Source: Actinomycetota bacterium
Lineage (GTDB): Bacteria > Actinomycetota > Thermoleophilia > Solirubrobacterales > 70-9
DNA length: 64,000 bases
Assembly: GCA_005885405.1 (NCBI GenBank)
Contig: VAYN01000005.1
Span: 9,819 to 73,818, forward strand
Direction: 5' to 3'
The position numbers and the translations under genes are program-made. The notes under the pieces were generated by a model, which did no database searches, was not told the DNA's origin, and worked only from the letters and a program-made list of their open reading frames with translations. Shown here piece after piece: positions 1-12,007 of the stretch. Numbering within the stretch: position 1 is the stretch's first letter; each line of letters opens with the position of its first letter.

Positions 1-419
1 TTGGAGCCGATCTTCACCGGCCCCTTCGAGGTGAACCCCTGCCAGGTGATCGGCTTCTCGGGGTCGTCGTAGCGGTGCTCTGCGTCACCGACGAAGCAGC
101 CGTTGGCGAACATCGTGTGGTCACCGATCTCGACCCGCTCCTGGGCGGCAATCATCACCCCGCGGTTGAGGAAGCAGCCGGCGCCGATCTCGATCCGCGC
201 CTCCGGCGCCAGGGTCAGCCAGCAGCCGGGCTCGAGCAGCGTCCCCTCGCCGATCACCAGCCGCCCCTCGTCGAGCGCCTCCAGCACTTCGCCCTCGACC
301 GGGTGGCGGATGAAGAAGCCGCCGCGGGCAGCGTGGCGGTTGATCCGCCAGCGCCGCAGCAGGCGACCGTTGCGCTCATACCAGCGCCGCTTCGCCCACC
401 AAAGCCTCCAGCCGCTCAT
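1..419 (-). CDS. hexapeptide-repeat (left-handed beta-helix) acyl/acetyltransferase; 3' end lies outside the window
   Basis: Hand translation of the minus strand from ATG at 419 gives MSGWRLWWAKRRWYERNGRL...VIGEGTLLEPGCWLTLAPEARIEIGAGCFLNRGVMIAAQERVEIGDHTMFANGCFVGDAEHRYDDPEKPI. The repeated [LIV]-G-x4 pattern is typical of sugar O-acetyltransferases. It is absent from the ORF track because it runs off the window edge. Confidence 0.7.
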   Translation of the reverse strand, partial: MSGWRLWWAKRRWYERNGRLLRRWRINRHAARGGFFIRHPVEGEVLEALDEGRLVIGEGTLLEPGCWLTLAPEARIEIGAGCFLNRGVMIAAQERVEIGDHTMFANGCFVGDAEHRYDDPEKPITWQGFTSKGPVKIGS

Positions 420-439
420 CGAGCCGTAGACTCGCAGGC

Positions 440-1399
440 GTGGCGGACCTGCGTGGCGGCATCGACCTCGGCGGCACCAAGATCCAGGCGGCGGTAATCG
501 ACGGACGCGGCGAGGCGGTCGGCGAGGCACGGCGACCGACGCCGACCAGCGGTGGCCCCGAGGATGTGGCCGCGGCGATGGCCGAGGCGCTGCGCGAGTC
601 TGCGCAAACCGCAGGCGTCGAGACGAAGGACCTGATCGGGGTCGGGGTCGGCTCCCCCGGCGATGCCGACGAGAAGACCGGTGTCGTCTCCGGCGCCCGC
701 AACCTCCCCGGCTGGGAGGGCAGCTTCCCGCTCGCCAAGAACCTCAGCGACGCGCTCGGGACCGAGGTCAAGGTCGGTAACGACGTCCAGGTCGCGACCG
801 AAGCCGAGTTCCACCTCGGCGCCGGACGTGAGTTCCAGAGCCTGATCGGCGTCTTCTGGGGCACCGGCGTTGGCGGCGGCCTGATCCTCGACGGCAAGCC
901 CTGGCTGGGACGCGGCGCGGCCGCCGAGATCGGCCACGTGGTCGTCAAGCGCGGCGGCGCCAAGTGCCCCTGCGGGCGCAAGGGCTGCCTCGAGGCCTAC
1001 GCCGGGCGCTCGGCGATGGAAGCCGAGGCGCGGCGCCAACACGAAGAGGGCCACAAGACCGACCTCTTCAAGCTGATGGAGAAGCACGGTAAACCGCGCC
1101 TCACCAGCGGCATCTGGGAGCGGGCGCTGGACCATGGCGACCACCTCGCCGAGCAGCTGATCGAGCGCGCGGTCGAGGCGCTCGGGACCGGGATCGCCTC
1201 CGCCGTCAACCTGCTCGACCCCGAAGCCGTGATCCTCGGCGGCGGCCTCGGCATCCGCTTCGGCGAGCGGCTGATGGACCCCCTCTGCGAGGAGATGGGC
1301 AAGCATCTCTTCGTCGATGAGCGGCCGCCGGCGATCCGCGTCGCCTCGCTCGGCGACCTCGGCGGCGCGATCGGCGCCTCGCTCCTCGTCTCCCGCTAG
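440..1399 (+). CDS. ROK-family sugar kinase (glucokinase-like)
   Basis: 319 aa with a GTG start. It has the N-terminal ATP-binding motif GIDLGGTKIQAAV and the ROK zinc motif GHVVVKRGGAKCPCGRKGCLEAY. Confidence 0.85.
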   Translation: MADLRGGIDLGGTKIQAAVIDGRGEAVGEARRPTPTSGGPEDVAAAMAEALRESAQTAGVETKDLIGVGVGSPGDADEKTGVVSGARNLPGWEGSFPLAKNLSDALGTEVKVGNDVQVATEAEFHLGAGREFQSLIGVFWGTGVGGGLILDGKPWLGRGAAAEIGHVVVKRGGAKCPCGRKGCLEAYAGRSAMEAEARRQHEEGHKTDLFKLMEKHGKPRLTSGIWERALDHGDHLAEQLIERAVEALGTGIASAVNLLDPEAVILGGGLGIRFGERLMDPLCEEMGKHLFVDERPPAIRVASLGDLGGAIGASLLVSR

Positions 1400-1439
1400 C
1401 CCGATGCCGGCGCGGCCGAACGATGCCGGAGCGACGCGG

Positions 1440-2318
1440 ATGCGAATCCTGCGCCCGGCACCTGGGGTCCTCGCCTTCTACGACGGCCGGGTCGAGGGCT
1501 ACCGCTTCTCGCCGCGGTTGAACTGGATCGACGAGGGTGCACTCTCGCTCGGCACCGCCAGCTTCGCCGTCCTCGATGGTGACGAGGCGCTCGTCTACGA
1601 CACCCACACCACCCCCGAACACGGGCGCCAGGTGCGGGCGGCGCTGGAAGCCGAGGGCGCTCGCAGCTTCACGGTCCTGCTCAGCCACTGGCACCTCGAC
1701 CACGTAGCCGGCAACACCGCCTTCCGCGATTGCGAAATCGTCTCAACCGCCCGCACCGCCGAGCTGCTCAGGGATCACCAGGATCAGATCGAAGCGGGAC
1801 GGTACGAGGGCCCACCGGGAATCTGTCCGCTCGTCCACCCCACCCGGACCTTCGAGGAGCGAACCGAGCTGCAGGTCGGCGCGCGCCGCCTGGAAGCAAT
1901 CCACGTCGACGTCCACAGCGACGACGCCGCCGTGCTCTGGGACCCCGAGGCGCGGCTGCTGCTCGCCGGCGACACGGTCGAGGACACCGTCACCTACGTC
2001 GAGGAGCCTGACCATTTCGATGCGCACCTGCGCGACCTCGACCGCCTGCTCGGCCTCGACCCGACCGCGATCCTGCCCAGCCACGGTGATCCCGACGTCA
2101 TCGCCGGCGGCGGCTACGGGCGCGGCCTGATCACCGCGACCCAGGACTACATCCGTCTCCTGCAGCGGATGCCGGCCGAGCCCGACCTGCCCGAGCTACC
2201 GCTGCGCGATCTGCTCGCCCCGCCGCTGGAGGCCGGCGACCTGCGCTACTTCGAACCCTATGAGCGGGTCCACCGCGAGAACGTGAAGACGGTCCTCGAG
2301 GCTCTAGACGCGGCCTGA
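1440..2318 (+). CDS. MBL-fold metallo-hydrolase
   Basis: HWHLDH metal-binding motif (LLSHWHLDHVAGN) and downstream His/Asp ligands. The start is uncertain: in-frame candidates are 1317, 1404 and 1440. I chose 1440 because the earlier ones overlap the ROK gene end. Confidence 0.75.
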   Translation: MRILRPAPGVLAFYDGRVEGYRFSPRLNWIDEGALSLGTASFAVLDGDEALVYDTHTTPEHGRQVRAALEAEGARSFTVLLSHWHLDHVAGNTAFRDCEIVSTARTAELLRDHQDQIEAGRYEGPPGICPLVHPTRTFEERTELQVGARRLEAIHVDVHSDDAAVLWDPEARLLLAGDTVEDTVTYVEEPDHFDAHLRDLDRLLGLDPTAILPSHGDPDVIAGGGYGRGLITATQDYIRLLQRMPAEPDLPELPLRDLLAPPLEAGDLRYFEPYERVHRENVKTVLEALDAA

Positions 2319-3518
2319 GGTCTGCCGCTGCTGTCGCGCGACGGCGTCGACCAAGACCGCCAGCAGCAGGACGCCGCCGGTGACCATCAGTTTCACCGCC
2401 GAGGAGAGCGAGAGCAGGTCCATCCCGTTGGAGATCGAGCCGATCACGAGCGCTCCCAGCAGCGCCGTCCAGACCGAACCGCGGCCGCCGAAGAGGCTGG
2501 TCCCGGCGATAACCGGCCCGGCGATCGCCAGCAGCAGGAGTTCGTTGCCGCCCGAGTTTTGGTTGACGGCGAACAGGCGCGAAGCCGCCATGACGCCGCC
2601 GATCGCCGCCATCGTGCCGGCGATCGTGAAGACCGCGACCCGGACCCGGTTGACGTGGATGCCGGCGCGGCGCGCCGCCTCGGCGTTGCCGCCGACAGCA
2701 AAGACGTGGCGACCAAAGCTGGTCTGTTTGGCGACGTACTCCATGCCGACGACGAAGGCGAGCAGGATCATCACCGCCAGCGGCACGCCGCGGTCGGAGT
2801 TGAGGATCGCGACGGCGGCGATCACGATCGCCGCAAGGAGAACGAAGCGGACGATCATCGAGATCAGGTTGGTGTCGCCGAGGCCGGCCGCGACCCGACG
2901 CCGGTATCCGACCGCGAGCGCAGCTCCATAGACGCCGATGATCACTGCCGCAAAGATCCAGCCGACCGTGTCGGAGTAGAAGATGTTGGCGAGGCCGGTG
3001 ATCTTCGGGTCGGTGATGTTGAGCGAGCCCGTCTTCCCGAGCACCTGTAAGAGCGCTCCTTCCCAAGCCAATAAGCCGGCGAGGGTGACGACGAAGGACG
3101 GGACGGCGAAGCGACTGAAGAGGGACCCCTGGAGGCAGCCGATCGCCGCTCCGACAGCGACGGCCGCGGCGATCGCCAGGTAGGCGTTCCAGCCGTGTTT
3201 GACGCTTAGGACCGCCATCACCGCCGCCGAGAGGCCACTCACAGCCCCCACCGAGAGGTCGATCTCCCCCAGGAGGAGGACGTAGACGACGCCGACCGAG
3301 ATCAGGCCGATCGTCGTGATCTGCAGCATCAGGTTGGTCAGGTTCTCGGCCGAGAGGAAGCGGTCTTCCTGGACCTGGAAGATGACGGCGATCACGATCA
3401 GGCCGAGTACGACCCGGACCGAGGAGAGGTCTCCCTGGACGATCCGGCGCACGGTTTCCCCGGTGGTCGGGCGGCGCTCGTTCGCCTCCTCGGCGGTTGC
3501 CGCCTCGGTCGCGCTCAT
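2304..3518 (-). CDS. monosaccharide (CUT2-type) ABC transporter permease
   Basis: 404-aa polytopic protein of the XylH/RbsC/FrcC type. It overlaps the upstream ATPase gene by 4 nt. Confidence 0.85.
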   Translation of the reverse strand: MSATEAATAEEANERRPTTGETVRRIVQGDLSSVRVVLGLIVIAVIFQVQEDRFLSAENLTNLMLQITTIGLISVGVVYVLLLGEIDLSVGAVSGLSAAVMAVLSVKHGWNAYLAIAAAVAVGAAIGCLQGSLFSRFAVPSFVVTLAGLLAWEGALLQVLGKTGSLNITDPKITGLANIFYSDTVGWIFAAVIIGVYGAALAVGYRRRVAAGLGDTNLISMIVRFVLLAAIVIAAVAILNSDRGVPLAVMILLAFVVGMEYVAKQTSFGRHVFAVGGNAEAARRAGIHVNRVRVAVFTIAGTMAAIGGVMAASRLFAVNQNSGGNELLLLAIAGPVIAGTSLFGGRGSVWTALLGALVIGSISNGMDLLSLSSAVKLMVTGGVLLLAVLVDAVARQQRQTSGRV

Positions 3519-4324
3519 GGCTTCTCCCCCTCCTGCTCGTCCGAGTGATGGTTGTTCTTGTCGCCGCCGTCGCCGACTCCGGTGATCGCGCCGACGACGT
3601 GCTCCTCGGTGGTTTCTTCGGCCTTGAACTCCCCGGCGGTGCGGCCGAGGCGAAGGACGAAGATCCTGTCGGCGACCGCGAAGACGTCGACCAGGTTATG
3701 ACTGATGACGACGACGCCGAGGTCGCGCTCGCGCAGGCGCCGGATCAGCTCCAGTACCTGTTTGGTCTGCGGCACACCGAGCGCCGCGGTCGGCTCGTCG
3801 AGCAGTACGACCTTGGGATCGCCGAGCAGCGAGCGGGCGACCGCAACCTGCTGGCGCTGGCCGCCGGAGAGGGTCCCAACCTCGCTGCGGAGGCTCGGGA
3901 TCGTCACGGCGAGGTTGGAGAGCAGGTCGGCGGTCTCGTGCTCCATCTTCACCTCGTCGAGCTGCCGCGAAACCTGGCCGGGACCGGCGGAAACCTGCTC
4001 GCGGCCGAGGAAAAGGTTGGCGACGACGTCGAGGTTGTCGCAGAGCGCGAGGTCTTGGTAGACGGTCGCGATGCCGAGGTCGGTGGCGTCCTGTGGGCCT
4101 TTGATCCGGACCTCCTCGCCCTCGAACCGGATCGTCCCTTGGTCGGGCGAGTGAATGCCGGCGATCGCCTTGACCAGCGTCGACTTGCCGGCGCCGTTGT
4201 CGCCGACGAGGCCGACGACCTCGCCGGCGTGGACGGCGAAGTCGACCCGGTCCAACGCTTGGACCGGGCCGAATCGCTTGCTTACTCCCTCCAGCTCGAG
4301 GAGCGGAGTGCCGTCTGCGGCCAT
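3515..4324 (-). CDS. sugar ABC transporter ATP-binding protein, single nucleotide-binding domain
   Basis: Walker A GDNGAGKST, signature LSGGQRQ, Walker B VLLDEPTAAL. The start was moved to MAADGTPLLELEGVSKRFG (ATG at 4324), because the ORF upstream of that overlaps the binding-protein gene. Confidence 0.85.
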   Translation of the reverse strand: MAADGTPLLELEGVSKRFGPVQALDRVDFAVHAGEVVGLVGDNGAGKSTLVKAIAGIHSPDQGTIRFEGEEVRIKGPQDATDLGIATVYQDLALCDNLDVVANLFLGREQVSAGPGQVSRQLDEVKMEHETADLLSNLAVTIPSLRSEVGTLSGGQRQQVAVARSLLGDPKVVLLDEPTAALGVPQTKQVLELIRRLRERDLGVVVISHNLVDVFAVADRIFVLRLGRTAGEFKAEETTEEHVVGAITGVGDGGDKNNHHSDEQEGEKP

Positions 4325-4325
4325 C

Positions 4326-5453
4326 TCAGCCTGAGATTCCCGCTTCTTTGCAGTCGGCCGCATAGGGGCCGGTGCAGAGTTCGGAGGCTTCGACGAACCC
4401 GTCTTTGACCACCGTGTCCTTGATGTTGTCCTTGACCACCGCAACCGGTTCGAGGATCGCCGAGGGGACGTCGGTCTTGCCGTTGTTGACTTCTTCGGTG
4501 ACTTTGTCCTGCGGCAGTTCTTCGTCGTTGCCGAGGGCGATCGCAAATTCGGCCGCGATCTCAGCCTGCGGCGGAATCGCCTTGTAGATGGTCATGTACT
4601 GCTGGCCGGCGAGGATCCGCTGCAGACCCGCGACGGTCGAGTCCTGGCCGGTGACGGGCACTTCTTCGGGGTTGAGGCCGGCGCCTTTCAGCGCGGCAAT
4701 CGCGCCGCCGCCGGTGTCGTCATTGGCGGCGTAGATCCCGAAGAAACCGTCGTTGCCGAGGGCGGTGATCGCCTGCTGCGCCTCACGCTGGGCGTTTTCG
4801 GCGGTCCAGCCGGGCGTGTCGTATTCCTTTGCGACTTTCACTCCGGCTTCTTCAAAGCCCTTGTTCGAGCCCTTCTTGAAGAGCGCCGCGTTGGGGTCGG
4901 CCGGGTCGCCGTTGATCTTGATGATCGGACCGGTGGGGTGGCCGTCTTCTTTCAGTTTTTTCGCCAGCGTTTCCGCCTGGAGTTCGCCGACCCGTTCGTT
5001 GTCGAAGGAGACGTAGGCATCGACTTCGCTGTTTTCGATCAACCGGTCGTAGCTGACCACCGGGACGCCTTGGGCGTTCGCCCGTTCGGCGATCGCTGCC
5101 GCTGATTTCGAGTCCATCGGGTCGAGGACGAGAACTTCGGCGCCTTTGGTCAGTGCAGCTTCGCCCTGGGACTGCTGCTTTTCAGCGTCGCCGCCGGCGT
5201 TGAAGTAGATGACTTCGCAGTCGGGACACTTTTCCTTGACCGCGTTTTCGAAGTCAGGCTTGTCGTTAGTTTCGTAGCGCGGCGTTTCGTTTTCGGGGAG
5301 CAGAAGGGCGATCGTCGCGCTACCGCCGCCACCACCTCCGCCGCCTTCGCCGCCGCCGGTCGTGTCGTCGCTGCTGCCACAGCCGACCGCGACCAGGGCG
5401 ATGATGGCCAAGCCTGCCGCTGCGAACCAAACTCGCGAACTCAGTGCTGACAT
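4326..5453 (-). CDS. sugar ABC transporter substrate-binding lipoprotein (periplasmic-binding-protein type I)
   Basis: Signal peptide plus lipobox (LVAVGCGSS), a Gly-rich linker, and a PBP1 sugar-binding fold pattern. AGGAGG lies upstream of the ATG at 5453. Confidence 0.85.
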   Translation of the reverse strand: MSALSSRVWFAAAGLAIIALVAVGCGSSDDTTGGGEGGGGGGGGSATIALLLPENETPRYETNDKPDFENAVKEKCPDCEVIYFNAGGDAEKQQSQGEAALTKGAEVLVLDPMDSKSAAAIAERANAQGVPVVSYDRLIENSEVDAYVSFDNERVGELQAETLAKKLKEDGHPTGPIIKINGDPADPNAALFKKGSNKGFEEAGVKVAKEYDTPGWTAENAQREAQQAITALGNDGFFGIYAANDDTGGGAIAALKGAGLNPEEVPVTGQDSTVAGLQRILAGQQYMTIYKAIPPQAEIAAEFAIALGNDEELPQDKVTEEVNNGKTDVPSAILEPVAVVKDNIKDTVVKDGFVEASELCTGPYAADCKEAGISG

Positions 5454-5553
5454 CGTTCCTCCTCTGTTGTAACCCCGCTCCCGCGAGGTCACTACCCACC
5501 TTAAGCGCTTGTATGCGCCATGACCAGGGGTTTTTTTGAGGAAGTAGCAGCGG

Positions 5554-8436
<2,883 letters not shown>

Positions 8437-8456
8437 TCGTCTCGATTCTAGCTAGA

Positions 8457-8470
8457 CGAACAGATGTTCC
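8457..8470. promoter_or_regulatory. LexA (SOS) box candidate upstream of uvrA
   Basis: CGAACAGATGTTCC fits the Gram-positive/actinobacterial SOS box CGAACRNRYGTTYC (GAAC-N4-GTTC) at every position. It lies 21 nt upstream of the uvrA GTG and overlaps the spacer of a putative promoter whose -10 is TAGAAT (plus-strand 8445..8450). Confidence 0.6.
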
Positions 8471-8472
8471 CA

Positions 8473-9243
8473 TCAGCCGAGCACTGCCGAGAGCTTGCGG
8501 CGGTAGGTGCGGGCGGCGGGGTCGGCGGGGTCGAGGTCGGCGAGGATGCCGATGATCGCGCGGCGGAGTAGGTCGCGCAGGTCCTCGGCGGAGAGGCCGC
8601 CGGCGCTCCATTTGTCGCCCTGGGTCAGCTCCAACTCTGTGAGCAGGGAATCGAGCGCCGCCTCGCGTTCGCCGCGGTCGAGGGCGGCGAAGCCCTCGCT
8701 CCCGATCCCAACCTTGGCGAGGCGCACGCGGGCGGCGATGCCGGCGGCGGCGAAGTCGGTCTCATGGTTCTCGACCGCTTCCAGCGCCTCCTCTTCGGCC
8801 CCGCGCTCGAGGCGGGCCTTGGCCAAGGCGACGGCGATGTCGGCGCGCGTCGGCTCCGCTTCGGCCGCCTCGCGCAGCGAGAGCTCATCGCCGGCGGCGA
8901 GGAGCTCGTCGGCTCGCGACGGCACGAGGCCGTCGAAGAAGGCCTCGACTCGGGCCGGCGGCAGGGCGCCGACGAACTCGTCGACGACGGTCCCGTCGCG
9001 GAAGGCCTTCACTGCCGGGATCCCCTGGACCTGGAACTGGGCGCCGAGATTCTGATTCGAATCGACGTCGACCTTGGCGAGGACCACCTTGCCCGCGCGG
9101 GCGGTCTCGGCCCTTTCGAGGGCCGGGCTCAGCGCTTTGCAGGGGCCGCACCAGTCGGCCCAGAAGTCGACGACGACGGGTAGCTCCCGCGAACGCTCGA
9201 CGACCTCGCTCTGGAAGGTCGCTTCGGTGACGTCGACTGGCAT
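8473..9243 (-). CDS. thioredoxin-domain protein with C-terminal TPR-like domain (YbbN/CnoX-like co-chaperone)
   Basis: Thioredoxin active site WADWCGPCK, followed by an alpha-helical TPR-like tail. Confidence 0.85.
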   Translation of the reverse strand: MPVDVTEATFQSEVVERSRELPVVVDFWADWCGPCKALSPALERAETARAGKVVLAKVDVDSNQNLGAQFQVQGIPAVKAFRDGTVVDEFVGALPPARVEAFFDGLVPSRADELLAAGDELSLREAAEAEPTRADIAVALAKARLERGAEEEALEAVENHETDFAAAGIAARVRLAKVGIGSEGFAALDRGEREAALDSLLTELELTQGDKWSAGGLSAEDLRDLLRRAIIGILADLDPADPAARTYRRKLSAVLG

Positions 9244-9249
9244 TACCGC

Positions 9250-11247
9250 TCAGGTACCCGCCGTCATCCCGTCCAAGTCGCGCCGGAGCTCCTTCAGCTC
9301 GTCGCGGATCCGTCCCGCCTCCTCGAAACGGAGCTCGTCGGCGGCGGCGAGCATCTCCTCCTCGAGGCCGACGATCGTCTTCTCCAGCTCCTCGGGGGTG
9401 GCGAATTCCTCGGCTCGGCGGCGACGACGCTTGCGCGGCGCCCGGTCCTCCATCGCCAGGAAGTCGGACATCTCGGAGATGCCTTTGCGGACGGTCTCCG
9501 GCGTGATCCCGTGCTCCTCGTTGTAAGCGAGCTGAATCGCGCGGCGCCGGTCGGTCTCCCGCATCGCCGCCCGCATCGCGTCGGTCTCCTTGTCGGCGTA
9601 CATCACCACCCGCCCGTTGACGTTGCGGGCCGCGCGGCCGATCGTCTGCACAAGGCTCGTCTCCCCGCGCAGGAAGCCCTCCTTGTCGGCGTCGAGGATC
9701 GCCACCAGCGAGACCTCGGGCAGGTCGAGGCCCTCGCGCAGGAGGTTGACGCCGACGAGGACGTCGTACTCGCCCAGCCGCAGCTCGCGGATGATCTGAA
9801 TTCGTTCCAGGGTGTCGACCTCGGAGTGCAGGTAGCGGACCTTGACCCCGTACTCGAGCAGGTAGGCGGTCAGGTCCTCCGCCATTTTCTTCGTCAGCGT
9901 CGTTACCAGGGTGCGCTCTTTCTTCTCCGCCACGCGCTTGACCTCGTTCATCAGGTCGTCGATCTGGTTCCTCGTCTCCCGCAGCTCGATCTCGGGGTCG
10001 ACGATCCCGGTCGGGCGGACGATCTGCTCGACGGTGCGGCTCGCTTCGGCTCGCTCGAACGGCCCCGGCGTCGCCGAGACCATCACCAGCTGGTTCACCC
10101 GCTGCATGAACTCGTCGAATTTGAGCGGCCGGTTGTCCATCGCCGAGGGCAAGCGGAAGCCGAAGTCGACCAACGACCGCTTCCGGGACTGGTCGCCCTC
10201 GTACATGCCGCCGATCTGCGGGATCGTCTGGTGGGACTCGTCGACGAAGCAGACGAAGTCGTCGGGGAAGTAGTCGATCAGCGTGTGCGGCGGGCTGCCT
10301 GCGGGCCGGCCGTCGAGGATCCGGGAGTAGTTCTCGATCCCCGAGGTGAAGCCGAGCTCCTTGATCATCTCGAGGTCGTACATCGTCCGCTGCCGCAGCC
10401 GGTGCGCCTCCAGCTGTTTGCCTTCGGCTTCCAGCTCCTGGGTGCGGGATTCCAGTTCGGCGCGGATCTCGTCGACGGCGCGATCCACCGTCTCGTCTTT
10501 GGTCACGTAGTGCGAGGCCGGCCAGACGGAGACGTGGTCGATCACGTCGAGCACCTCGCCGGTCAGCGGGTCGAAATGCTGGATGCCCTCGATCTCGTCG
10601 CCGAAGAGGGCGATCCGGTAAGCGGACTCGGCGTAGGAGGGCATGATCTCCAGGACCTCGCCGCGAACCCGGAAGGCGCCGCGCCCCAGCACCTGGTCGT
10701 TGCGCTGATACTGCATCTTCACCAGCTTGCGGAGGACGTCGTCGCGGTCGATTTCGGCGCCGACTTTGAAGAGCTGCATTTTTTCGTTGTAGACCTGGGG
10801 CGAGCCGATCCCGTAGATGCAGGAGACCGAGGCGACGATGATCACGTCGCGGCGGGCGAAGAGGGCGGCGGTGGCGGCGTGGCGGAGTCGGTCGATCTCG
10901 TCGTTGATCGAGGAGTCCTTCTCGATGTAGAGGTCCTGCGCGGGGACGTAGGCCTCGGGCTGGTAGTAGTCGTAGTAGGAGACGAAGTACTCGACCGAGT
11001 TCTCCGGGAAGAACTCGCGGAACTCGTTGCAGAGCTGCGCCGCCAGCGTCTTGTTGTGGGCGATCACCAGCGAGGGCCGCTGCACCTCGGCGATCGTCGC
11101 CGCCATCGTGAAGGTCTTGCCGGTGCCGGTGGCACCGAGCAGGGTCTGGAAGCGTTCGCCCTCGCGCAGCCCCTCCGCGAGCCCGGCGATCGCCTTCGGT
11201 TGGTCCGCCGTCGGGGTGTAGGCGCGGTTCAGCTTGAAATCAGGCAC
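9250..11247 (-). CDS. uvrB: excinuclease ABC subunit B
   Basis: 665 aa with helicase motifs ([12 protein letters not shown]) and a C-terminal UVR domain ([21 protein letters not shown]). Confidence 0.97.
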   Translation of the reverse strand: MPDFKLNRAYTPTADQPKAIAGLAEGLREGERFQTLLGATGTGKTFTMAATIAEVQRPSLVIAHNKTLAAQLCNEFREFFPENSVEYFVSYYDYYQPEAYVPAQDLYIEKDSSINDEIDRLRHAATAALFARRDVIIVASVSCIYGIGSPQVYNEKMQLFKVGAEIDRDDVLRKLVKMQYQRNDQVLGRGAFRVRGEVLEIMPSYAESAYRIALFGDEIEGIQHFDPLTGEVLDVIDHVSVWPASHYVTKDETVDRAVDEIRAELESRTQELEAEGKQLEAHRLRQRTMYDLEMIKELGFTSGIENYSRILDGRPAGSPPHTLIDYFPDDFVCFVDESHQTIPQIGGMYEGDQSRKRSLVDFGFRLPSAMDNRPLKFDEFMQRVNQLVMVSATPGPFERAEASRTVEQIVRPTGIVDPEIELRETRNQIDDLMNEVKRVAEKKERTLVTTLTKKMAEDLTAYLLEYGVKVRYLHSEVDTLERIQIIRELRLGEYDVLVGVNLLREGLDLPEVSLVAILDADKEGFLRGETSLVQTIGRAARNVNGRVVMYADKETDAMRAAMRETDRRRAIQLAYNEEHGITPETVRKGISEMSDFLAMEDRAPRKRRRRRAEEFATPEELEKTIVGLEEEMLAAADELRFEEAGRIRDELKELRRDLDGMTAGT

Positions 11248-11283
11248 GAAGAGAACATAGCTGGCACATATGCTGGGCCTTCG

Positions 11284-11658
11284 ATGAGGCTTTCTCGCGC
11301 GGCGTTGGCCGCCTTATTCACCTTCACGGGCACGATGCACTTCGTGCGCCCGCGCTTCTTCGAAGCAATCGTGCCGCCGGCGATCGAGGCGCAGAAAAAG
11401 GAGGCGGTGGCGATTAGCGGCGCCGCCGAGCTCGCCGGCGCGGCGCTCGTCCTCCACCCCGCCTCGCGCCGGCTCGGGCGCTGGTGGCTGCTGGCGCTCC
11501 TGGTCGCGGTCTTCCCTGCCAACGTCCACATGGCGGTCAGCCCGGAGCAGATAAAAGGCCTCGACATGCGGAAGTTCCCGCGCTGGGCACTCTGGGCGCG
11601 GCTGCCGCTGCAGCCGCTGGCGATGCTCTGGGTCTGGCGCGCGACGCGCGCTTCCTGA
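11284..11658 (+). CDS. small DoxX-like integral membrane protein
   Basis: 124 aa taken from the in-frame ATG at 11284 at the tail of a long antisense shadow ORF. Sequence [26 protein letters not shown]...[10 protein letters not shown] fits a 3-4 TM DoxX_3-like pattern. Confidence 0.6.
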   Translation: MRLSRAALAALFTFTGTMHFVRPRFFEAIVPPAIEAQKKEAVAISGAAELAGAALVLHPASRRLGRWWLLALLVAVFPANVHMAVSPEQIKGLDMRKFPRWALWARLPLQPLAMLWVWRATRAS

Positions 11659-11707
11659 CACCCCGCAGGTCCAGGGAAATCAACTTGATTACATGTTTTG
11701 TCTGTAG

Positions 11708-11733
11708 AGCTTCTGTCTTCTATGACAGAAGCT
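11708..11733. promoter_or_regulatory. 10-bp perfect inverted repeat (candidate operator) in an AT-rich promoter region ahead of the XRE regulator
   Basis: agcttctgtc-ttctat-gacagaagct. It overlaps a possible promoter: TTGTCT (11698..11703), 17-nt spacer, TATGAC (11721..11726). Confidence 0.4.
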
Positions 11734-11742
11734 GACGTATTA

Positions 11743-11997
11743 ATGGACAAACGTGACCGCTTTGCCGTGAATCTGCGCCGCGCCCGCCAGGATGCCGGCA
11801 TCTCCCAGGAAGAGCTCGCTGAACGCTGCGAACTGCACCGGACCGAGGTTTCGTTGCTCGAGCGCGGCGGCCGTGAACCCCGCCTGGGGACGATGATCAA
11901 GCTTGCGACCGCCCTCGGAACCAACGCCGAAGCCCTCTGCGCGGGGATCGGCTGGGACTCGAAAGCGCGCCAGTACAAAATCGACGAACCGAGCTAG
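11743..11997 (+). CDS. XRE-family helix-turn-helix transcriptional regulator
   Basis: HTH_3 pattern FAVNLRRARQDAGISQEELAERCELHRTEVSLLERGGREPRLGTMIKLATALG. Alternative in-frame starts are 11698 (TTG) and 11722 (ATG). Confidence 0.8.
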   Translation: MDKRDRFAVNLRRARQDAGISQEELAERCELHRTEVSLLERGGREPRLGTMIKLATALGTNAEALCAGIGWDSKARQYKIDEPS

Positions 11998-12007
11998 TCG
12001 CCGTTCA

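Noticed and set aside
11248-11283. An SOS box upstream of uvrB, by analogy with uvrA.
   Set aside because: Only a half-site (GAACatagCTGG) is present, and no GAAC-N4-GTTC.
9511-11658. A 715-aa ORF on the plus strand, and similar very long ORFs (5761..7248 +, 38128..39381 -, 41296..43326 +, 57786..60005 +, 20562..22184 +).
   Set aside because: They lie antisense to genes with unmistakable products (uvrB, uvrA, pfk, trpB/trpF, lepA, polA). Their translations are Arg/Ala/Gly/Pro-rich low-complexity sequence, as expected for shadow ORFs in about 70% GC DNA. Only the last 124 codons of 9511..11658 (from 11284) look like a real gene.
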